A DNA stretch of 64,000 bases from Candidatus Cloacimonadota bacterium (GTDB lineage Bacteria; Cloacimonadota; Cloacimonadia; JGIOTU-2), in assembly GCA_049903315.1 (NCBI GenBank), contig JBNGBT010000001.1, forward strand, positions 1 to 64,000. Direction: 5' to 3'. Shown here one piece after another: positions 56,884 to 64,000 of the stretch; position 1 is the first letter of the stretch; every line of letters begins with the position of its first letter. The position numbers and the translations under genes are program-made. Below the pieces are notes generated by a model. The model did no database searches. It worked only from the letters and a program-made list of their open reading frames with translations, and was not told the origin of the DNA.

Positions 56884-57318
56884 TTAATCTCCTTTATTTA
56901 AGCTTTCTGCCGGAAATGAAAAATGCTGCTGTACAAAAACCCAATTTCCTTTTTGCTTTTCAAGTACACCTGTCCAGCGTGTATTTTCCCAGTTTGCCGG
57001 TTTACCATCCCATTCGTTCAGATCATCGAGAATGCAGTAAAACCAGGCAACTGTGCCTGATTCTGAAAGACCAATCCGCAAGTCTCGGATCTCATGCCCG
57101 ACTGCTTTAAATCGCGGATCCTTAAAGAAATCACTGTTCTTTTTGAATGCCTTGAATCCTTTGACAACAGTATCTGTCGGATGCACTTCAATAAAATCTT
57201 CATCGTGGGCAAGCGTTGAGAATGAAAGATCAAAATCCTTGTTTATCGCCCACCCGATCATATTGTGAATGGTTTGTTCAATTTTCTTCAGCTCTTCGGT
57301 TTTTTCTTTTTTATTCAT
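56884..57318 (-). CDS. SnoaL/NTF2-like protein
   Basis: SG.VAW, RWTGVLEK..G.W...Q.HFS. Confidence 0.85.
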   Translation of the reverse strand: MNKKEKTEELKKIEQTIHNMIGWAINKDFDLSFSTLAHDEDFIEVHPTDTVVKGFKAFKKNSDFFKDPRFKAVGHEIRDLRIGLSESGTVAWFYCILDDLNEWDGKPANWENTRWTGVLEKQKGNWVFVQQHFSFPAESLNKGD

Positions 57319-57325
57319 GAATAAA

Positions 57326-58411
57326 TTACCTCAATAACGTAATTTTTTTTGTTTCCGAGAATTCTTCTGAACTGATCGTACAGAAATATACACCAGGTTT
57401 GAGGTCGTTCGTGTCCCAACCGATAGAATAACTGCCGGACTCGAATGCTCCTTTGATCGGTCTACTCACCAATTCACCTTTTACATTATGGAAAGTAAGA
57501 TGAATTTCTGCATTATGCTTTAGAGAAAATCTAATAGTACCATTTGAATGAACCGGATTAGGGAAAGAGCCGCGAAAATCAATATTTTCCTCTGGTTTTT
57601 CAGGTTCCTCTACCGCGGTAGAAAGGTCGATAAAATCTACAGTATTGGCCTCGAAATTGGGAACAGCGAGAATGTCATCAACGGCATTATAGAAGAGCCC
57701 TGCCGGTTCATCGAAATCTCCGGGAATATTTTCTGGTGGATTGATCAGTGAATTGTCATATTTATATACATAGTCAGTTCCATAATGAGATGCAATATAT
57801 ACATTTCCCTCAGGATCGATAGCTATGCCATCAAAATATCCTGTAGAGGTAGGGAACGTAGTTATATCTGATGAATCAGCAACATTGATCGCATAGATGG
57901 ATGAGTGCCATTGCCATGCAACAGCAAGCAACCGGTTGTTCTGAATATCAAAGACAACATCCTGCGTATAATTCGGGAGTCCGGAAACAAAAACATGGTA
58001 ATCATGTGTAGCTGGATTGAGTTTGAATATTTTCCCGCCTGTATCCACCACATAGAGGTTTCCATCCAAATCTGATGTCATGCCGTCAAGCCAATTTGTT
58101 GCCGGCAGGTATTGTGTAAATGTAACTGTTCCTGTTGCAAGGTTAATTCCTTTTACATGCCTGTTGCATGAAACATAAAGTATGTTGTCCATGAGGTGCA
58201 TGCCAAGGCATTCGGTCATGTTTGTGCCAAGTGTATCCAGGATTCCACTGGTGTCTGACCGTACAACAGTATATGTTCCATAATTGGAAACATAGTAGCA
58301 GTCTGCAGCAGGATCAAACACAACGCTTTCAGGATTGTGGTAGGTATCCTGTGCATAGCAGATTGATGAAATGATAAGTAAGATTGGGATGAATAATAAT
58401 AATTTTTTCAT
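57326..58411 (-). CDS. SMP-30/gluconolactonase-like beta-propeller with T9SS-like CTD
   Basis: PESVVFD, YYVSN, DG...D..GN.Y; FPNP...KG...GVYF...KKITLLR. Confidence 0.85.
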   Translation of the reverse strand: MKKLLLFIPILLIISSICYAQDTYHNPESVVFDPAADCYYVSNYGTYTVVRSDTSGILDTLGTNMTECLGMHLMDNILYVSCNRHVKGINLATGTVTFTQYLPATNWLDGMTSDLDGNLYVVDTGGKIFKLNPATHDYHVFVSGLPNYTQDVVFDIQNNRLLAVAWQWHSSIYAINVADSSDITTFPTSTGYFDGIAIDPEGNVYIASHYGTDYVYKYDNSLINPPENIPGDFDEPAGLFYNAVDDILAVPNFEANTVDFIDLSTAVEEPEKPEENIDFRGSFPNPVHSNGTIRFSLKHNAEIHLTFHNVKGELVSRPIKGAFESGSYSIGWDTNDLKPGVYFCTISSEEFSETKKITLLR

Positions 58412-58423
58412 GTGTAAGACCTC

Positions 58424-60889
58424 CTATTCATATTTGATTATCTCTACAGGATTTGCATTTGCTGACTTGAACGTCTGAAATATGATCGTTGCAAGCGTTG
58501 TAATGAGCAGTAGTAATCCTGCTGTAATAAAATAAGAAATATTAAGTGAAATATGGAAACTGTAATCCTGTAACCAGCTATGCATAAGAAACCATGCAAC
58601 AGGAATTCCAGCAAAGATCGAAATAAGTGTAACAATGAAAAACTCTTTGCAAAGAGTAATGGTTACTTCAGAGACCGAAGCCCCAAAAACTTTCCTGATA
58701 CCGATTTCTCGTTTTCGCTTATTCATCATAAATAATGATAATCCGAAGATACCTATAAAAGCAAGGAAAAGAGCTATGAATGTTAGAGACATCAGAAGCC
58801 GTAATTGTGATTGTTCGATGTCGTAGAGCACTTTATATTGATCATCTAAATATGATAAATTTAATGAAATAGTTGGGAAAAGTTCCTGCCATTTTTTTGT
58901 GATGTGCTCCCGGGCAAGTGCTTCTTTTTGTTGATCGAACCGAATGAGAATGTTATTGAAGAAAAGAGGTTCGTATACATAAAGAAGTGGTTTGATCTCA
59001 TTTCGGATTGAGGAGTAGTGGATGTCATTCACAACACCGACGATCATTCCTTTGTCAAAATTAAGTGCGGCATTGTTCCACCCCATTTCTTTTCCGATTG
59101 CTTCTTCAGGACTTTTAAAACCGAGGATAACTGATGCTTTCTTGCTGATGAGAAAGTATCGATAAGGGGTTTGTATATAGTTCAGAAAGTCTTCTTGATC
59201 GGTGAAATAGCTATATCTTGGCATGAAATTGTGTTTGTATTCTCTCATATCTTCACCGGCAATGACAGGGATATTCAATGTGCTGACAAAGGTATCATCG
59301 ATTGGATTTAAATATATGTTTGGGCTTTGTTCTGAATCGTCAATATCAAGACCTCGTACAAATCCTCCATCCAGTATTTCCTGAGAGGGATCCTGGCATA
59401 CTGCAGAAACACTAATGATCTCGGGATAAGAAAGTAATTGTTCCTTAAATAATTCATAGTTACTTTTGATCCCATTAGGATTGTGACTGATCAGGAAGAT
59501 ATTATCGGTGTCGAATCCGAGGTCTTTTTTCATCATAAAACGATACTGTGCAAAGGTTACAAAGGTACAAACCATCAACACTATTGCTGCTGCAAATTGA
59601 ACAAAAACCAGTATTCTTCTTAGATTAAAGAAATGTTTCTTATAAGATTGGATCACAGCGGATTGCCGTGTAGAGTGTAATGGTGATACAAGTGACATAT
59701 GGAGTGCCGGATAGAGACCAGCGAGAAATCCAATGATGCACGTAGCAAGAAGAAATGGTAAGATAATTGAAATATTTAGGATATTGTAGAAGTGTAACGA
59801 ACTATTAGTGATTGAATTAATAACCGGCAGAAGTAATTCCGATAGTCCAAGGGCTATGATAAAGGCAAAACAGGCAAATACGATCGTTTCGCTTATGTTA
59901 TATATTGCTATCTGTTTATGCCCTGCACCTAGAATTTTCCGAATCCCGATCTCATGGAAGCGTGAAGTAAAACGTGCAGTACTAAGATTAATATAGTTGA
60001 AAATTGAAATAAGCATCACAATAACTGCTAATGCAATGAGTGCGTAGATTTCATTGATATCCCCATTTTGTTCGAGTTCCCTGTCCAGATGGGAATAAAG
60101 ATGGATATCTGTGAATTTTTGTACAGGAAGATCACTACTTTCGAGGATGTCCTCTTGACCTGTAATTTCGACAAGAAATTGTGACACCTTTTGTTGGAGT
60201 GATTTCGTAGTAGTTCCGGGATGAGTAAGCACATACACATAGGACCAATTTTCATCACGACCAAGTGGATCAAACGAAGCAAGCATATCAAAATGAATGT
60301 GTGAATTCTCTGGAATATCTTCCATAATGCCCGTGACCGTAAAATCAATAGTCCGGTCTATTCTGTTCATACCGACAAGACTTACGATATGTCCCATAGG
60401 ATTGGAGTCTGGAAAATACTTTTCTGCAATAGATTTTGAGATCACAATGGAGTTTGGTTCTGTGAGAGCATTTTCTGGATTACCGGACTTCAAGGGAAAA
60501 TCGAATACTGAAAATACATTATCGTCAGCAAAAAAGAAAGCATCGTTGCGGAACGTATGTTCATTTATTTTAATATTATTGAAATCACTTCGCTGGAACC
60601 TTACGAGCTCTTCTATTTCCGGGATGTGTTCCGGCAGGAATTTCATAAAACTATCGGGACATCGTGCAAAGTGCGGATTATAGCCTCCCGGATAATCAAA
60701 CTTCCTTGTTACCCGGAAAATTCTATCTGCTTTTGAATGAAATCTGTCATAGCTCATTTCTGATGAAACATAGAGCAACACGAGAAAGAGTACTGTTAAT
60801 CCAATAGCAAATCCACCAATTGTAATTGCAGAATATAGTTTATGCTTTCTGATGTTTCTTATTATGAGTTTTAAGTTGATTTTAAACAT
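58424..60889 (-). CDS. ABC transporter permease (MacB/FtsX type)
   Basis: SYDRFH....I.R, NYINLSTAR...R..EIGIRK.LGA, Q...EIGIRKVFGAS and NP...IKYE. Confidence 0.92.
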   Translation of the reverse strand: MFKINLKLIIRNIRKHKLYSAITIGGFAIGLTVLFLVLLYVSSEMSYDRFHSKADRIFRVTRKFDYPGGYNPHFARCPDSFMKFLPEHIPEIEELVRFQRSDFNNIKINEHTFRNDAFFFADDNVFSVFDFPLKSGNPENALTEPNSIVISKSIAEKYFPDSNPMGHIVSLVGMNRIDRTIDFTVTGIMEDIPENSHIHFDMLASFDPLGRDENWSYVYVLTHPGTTTKSLQQKVSQFLVEITGQEDILESSDLPVQKFTDIHLYSHLDRELEQNGDINEIYALIALAVIVMLISIFNYINLSTARFTSRFHEIGIRKILGAGHKQIAIYNISETIVFACFAFIIALGLSELLLPVINSITNSSLHFYNILNISIILPFLLATCIIGFLAGLYPALHMSLVSPLHSTRQSAVIQSYKKHFFNLRRILVFVQFAAAIVLMVCTFVTFAQYRFMMKKDLGFDTDNIFLISHNPNGIKSNYELFKEQLLSYPEIISVSAVCQDPSQEILDGGFVRGLDIDDSEQSPNIYLNPIDDTFVSTLNIPVIAGEDMREYKHNFMPRYSYFTDQEDFLNYIQTPYRYFLISKKASVILGFKSPEEAIGKEMGWNNAALNFDKGMIVGVVNDIHYSSIRNEIKPLLYVYEPLFFNNILIRFDQQKEALAREHITKKWQELFPTISLNLSYLDDQYKVLYDIEQSQLRLLMSLTFIALFLAFIGIFGLSLFMMNKRKREIGIRKVFGASVSEVTITLCKEFFIVTLISIFAGIPVAWFLMHSWLQDYSFHISLNISYFITAGLLLLITTLATIIFQTFKSANANPVEIIKYE

Positions 60890-60895
60890 AAGAAA

Positions 60896-63259
60896 TTACT
60901 CGTATTTTAGAGCTTTAACCGGATTTGAATTTGCTGCTTTTATCGTTTGAAAACTGACAGTACAGATCGCGATTAAAACTGAAAGAACAAACGTTGCAAC
61001 AAATATCTGGTATCCGATATTTACTCGATAAGCAAAATTCTGGAGTAATGAATTTAGAATAAAATAGGCAGCAGGACAGGCGATAAGATTAGCAATAACC
61101 ACCCATTTAGTAAATTCTTTGGAAAGGATAATGACAATATTTGGGATATTAGCCCCCAAAACTTTTCTGATCCCAATCTCTTTTGTTCGCTGTTGTGTCA
61201 TGAAAGTGGATAAACCGAATAAACCAAGACAGGCTATAAAAATTGCCAGGCCGGTAAATATTTTCAAGATCATTTCCATCTCCTGCTCAGAATGATACAT
61301 GGCATTATATCGTTCATCAAAAAATCTGAATTCATGATTATCTTCCGGATCGAATTTAGCCATTGTTTCTTCCAAAAACGAAATAGTGCTTTCCGAATTT
61401 TCTGCATTTATCCTTACAACAAGGTAATCCACATAATCTTTAAACACCATGAACAGCATCGGCTCAATGGGATTGTGTAAAGATTTAAAATGGAAATCTT
61501 TCATCACACCCACGATCTCACCGTCATTACCCCAAAATGAATATTCCTTTCCTATCGGATCTTCTAATCCCATTTGTTTTATAGCTTCTTCATTCAACAA
61601 AACTCCAAAATTTTCCTCATCAGAAAATTCTGCTGAAAAACTGCGTCCTTCGGCCATCTCTATTTTGAAGGTTTCAATAAAATCATAATCAACAATATTG
61701 TAATGAACCAGAAATGTTTCTTCATCATTTTTACCTTCCCAAGCACTTCCAGAAGCTGAACTCATTATTCTATTGGGGAGTGTACGAGCTGCAGACACAT
61801 TTTCCACACCAGGATGTTTGAGAAGCCCCTCTTTTATGGCATCGATTTCTCCCATTCCACGAATATTGGTATATACAATCTGCTCTTTATCGAAACCCAT
61901 TTTTTTATTCTTCATATATTGCAATTGTTTGGCGATCATCAGAGTACTGATGATAAGAATGATCGATAGCGTCCACTGAGTAACCACCATCACTTTTCGG
62001 AAAATCACACCTTTCGAACTCGTAATTTGCGAGCCTTTCAGGGTAGTAACGGGTTTGAAAGAAGAAAGCATAAATGCCGGGTAAATTCCAGTTAGAAATC
62101 CAAGAATGATTACGAAAGCAACAAGTCCTGCTAACATTTCGGGTTTCAATAAATAGAGAAGTGATAATTGTTTTGCAGAAATATTGTTGAAGGCTGGTAG
62201 ACAAAATTCAACCAGAACCAGAGCCACTCCCAGAGATATCAACAACAGAAGCATCGACTCACCAAGAAACTGCCAGATCAATTGGCTTCGCTGAGAACCG
62301 ACAACTTTTCTTAATCCAACTTCTTTGGCGCGTTTTGTATATCTGGCTGTGGACAGACTGATAAAATTTACACTGGAAATAATGATAATAAATACAGCAA
62401 TGATACTGAACAAAACCAGATATCTAAAATCTCCTAATCCACCAAAATCTGCGACCAACCCCACTGAATGCAGGTAAGTTTTTGTAATAGGCTGCAAATA
62501 AAGTTCCGAAGATAATCCTTCTTTTTTTTCTTTCAGATACATTTTAATTTTTGCCGTCATCTCTTCGCAGTCAGTCCCATCTACCAGTTGTACGTAGGTA
62601 TAAATTGAATTGCTGCCCCAGTTATCAAGATCAGGGTTTCGATCTGCCAAAATCTGGAAAGGAAGAATGTATCCGAATGAAATATGCGAATTTTTGGGAA
62701 CATCTTCTATTACAGCAGTAACCTGTAGATTCAAATCGTAAATTGAAACTGTTTGACCAACTGCTTCTTCATCTCCAAATAATTTTGCTGCTATTGATTC
62801 TGAAAGTACAATCGAGTTTTTATCTGAAAGAGGATCCTGGCTACCTTTAATGACCGGAAAGCTGAACATCTCAAAAAAATCTTCATCAGCAAAGGCACCG
62901 GTTCTTTCCTCAAATTTTTCATCTCCCACTTCTATGGTTTGTACAAAGCCAGTGTTGTACCTGGTTGCACGCTCGATTTCCGGAAAATCATCTTTCATAG
63001 CTTCTGCCATTGGAGCTGGTGTAACTGCTACCTGCATGTTCTGTGATGAATAACTTTGGTTTTCTAAAACTCTATAGATATTCTTTCCATTTTCATGAAA
63101 TTTATCATAGTTGCTCTCATCAAATATCCAGAGAGAAAGCAGAATTCCGCAGGCCAATCCAATGGCCAGTCCAATGATATTTATGGCGGAAAATACTTTC
63201 TGCCTTGATAGGTTTCTTATCGCAATTTTTAAATAATTTTTAATCATTATTTTCTCCAA
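60896..63259 (-). CDS. ABC transporter permease (MacB/FtsX type)
   Basis: KNYLKIA.RNL, RAKEVGLRKVVG, RTKEIGIRKVLGA and NPVKALKYE. Confidence 0.93.
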   Translation of the reverse strand: MEKIMIKNYLKIAIRNLSRQKVFSAINIIGLAIGLACGILLSLWIFDESNYDKFHENGKNIYRVLENQSYSSQNMQVAVTPAPMAEAMKDDFPEIERATRYNTGFVQTIEVGDEKFEERTGAFADEDFFEMFSFPVIKGSQDPLSDKNSIVLSESIAAKLFGDEEAVGQTVSIYDLNLQVTAVIEDVPKNSHISFGYILPFQILADRNPDLDNWGSNSIYTYVQLVDGTDCEEMTAKIKMYLKEKKEGLSSELYLQPITKTYLHSVGLVADFGGLGDFRYLVLFSIIAVFIIIISSVNFISLSTARYTKRAKEVGLRKVVGSQRSQLIWQFLGESMLLLLISLGVALVLVEFCLPAFNNISAKQLSLLYLLKPEMLAGLVAFVIILGFLTGIYPAFMLSSFKPVTTLKGSQITSSKGVIFRKVMVVTQWTLSIILIISTLMIAKQLQYMKNKKMGFDKEQIVYTNIRGMGEIDAIKEGLLKHPGVENVSAARTLPNRIMSSASGSAWEGKNDEETFLVHYNIVDYDFIETFKIEMAEGRSFSAEFSDEENFGVLLNEEAIKQMGLEDPIGKEYSFWGNDGEIVGVMKDFHFKSLHNPIEPMLFMVFKDYVDYLVVRINAENSESTISFLEETMAKFDPEDNHEFRFFDERYNAMYHSEQEMEMILKIFTGLAIFIACLGLFGLSTFMTQQRTKEIGIRKVLGANIPNIVIILSKEFTKWVVIANLIACPAAYFILNSLLQNFAYRVNIGYQIFVATFVLSVLIAICTVSFQTIKAANSNPVKALKYE

Positions 63260-63290
63260 AATTTAATTTAGATTTAAAATTCGTATATCA

Positions 63291-64000
63291 CTATTCATAT
63301 TTAAGCGCTTTTGCGGGATTAATATTTGCTGCTTTGCAGGCGTGAAAAATTACCGTTGTCAGAGCAATGAGCAACGCGATAAATGAAGAGAGAAAAAATA
63401 TATATAATGAAAGACTTGTCCGGAAAGCAAAGTTCTCGAGCCATTTTCTCATTATAATGAAGGCAACTGGCCAAGCGATAATATTGGCTAAAAGTACAAG
63501 AACAAGAAACTGCCTGGTTAAGAATACGATCACCTGATTACTTGATGAACCAAGTACTTTTCTGACGCCGATTTCTCGGATTTTCTGTTCTGCAGAGTAT
63601 GATGATAATCCCACTAAACCAAGACATGCAATGAAGATCGCAAGGATCGTGAAATAACCAAATAGTTTCAACAGATTTGTTTCTGATTGATAGAGCTTAT
63701 TCAAGTTTTCATCAAGATAATGATATTCAGGAGGGGATTCCGAACCATACTCTATCCACATATTTTTCAATGTTTCTAACACTTTAGGAGATTGATTCTG
63801 ATTATACCGTATGAATAGACATTTGATACCTCCATAATAATCCTGACCATTATCAGGTATAATGAATGCAAGAATCGGAAATATCTGGCTACGAATTGAG
63901 GATGAGATGAAATCATCCATGACGCCAACCACTGTGCTGAATGTGGCGTTGTTAAGTGAGTCTGTAAAAGCAAAATATCTTTTCCCCAAGGGCTCTTCCC
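63291..64000 (-). CDS. ABC transporter permease (MacB/FtsX type), 5' part outside the window
   Basis: IACLGL.GL, EIGVRKVLG and NPAKALKYE. Confidence 0.9.
   Translation of the reverse strand, partial: EEPLGKRYFAFTDSLNNATFSTVVGVMDDFISSSIRSQIFPILAFIIPDNGQDYYGGIKCLFIRYNQNQSPKVLETLKNMWIEYGSESPPEYHYLDENLNKLYQSETNLLKLFGYFTILAIFIACLGLVGLSSYSAEQKIREIGVRKVLGSSSNQVIVFLTRQFLVLVLLANIIAWPVAFIIMRKWLENFAFRTSLSLYIFFLSSFIALLIALTTVIFHACKAANINPAKALKYE

Noticed and set aside
47000..58411. Integron cassette array
   Set aside because: Intergenic gaps are mostly under 35 bp or overlapping; no RYYYAAC...GTTRRRY attC structures seen; no intI
1..64000. tRNA, rRNA, IS transposase, integrase or prophage genes
   Set aside because: None recognised by eye or in the ORF track; a tRNAscan-SE/Infernal run would be needed to exclude small RNAs formally

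Overview
Bacterial chromosome segment, most consistent with Candidatus Cloacimonadota. This is an inference from the many secreted proteins ending in an NYPNPFN...KMLLLK FlgD-Ig/T9SS-like sorting domain, the transcarboxylase operon and the Sec-peroxiredoxin. The left part holds housekeeping and envelope genes: corA, PAP2, lipoproteins, tldD-pmbA-amidohydrolase, MATE, an AmrB-AmrA fusion and a methylmalonyl-CoA:pyruvate transcarboxylase-like operon. The middle holds an AlbA_2/ATPase protein, a type I R-M island (hsdR-hsdM-yhcG-hsdS-radC), a TrmB/TraB unit, a TIGR03546/03545 pair, amrS with a membrane spermidine-synthase-like gene, redox genes including a UGA-recoded selenoprotein PrxU with a SECIS hairpin, and an orphan class III cyclase-like gene. 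The right part is a long minus-strand array of secreted hydrolases and beta-propellers with chimeric and fragmentary members, followed by three MacB-like permeases. The most striking signals are non-coding: (i) a four-helix-bundle gene bracketed by inverted octamer tandem arrays and inserted cleanly into an operon; (ii) a duplicated 188-bp highly structured element with a 5' pseudoknot; (iii) a yhcG gene whose internal palindrome is copied twice in its own leader; (iv) several REP-like and short-period tandem repeat families that cluster in intergenic spaces and also invade coding sequence. No rRNA, tRNA, CRISPR array, integrase or transposase was recognised. All family calls come from motif recognition by eye, not database searches.
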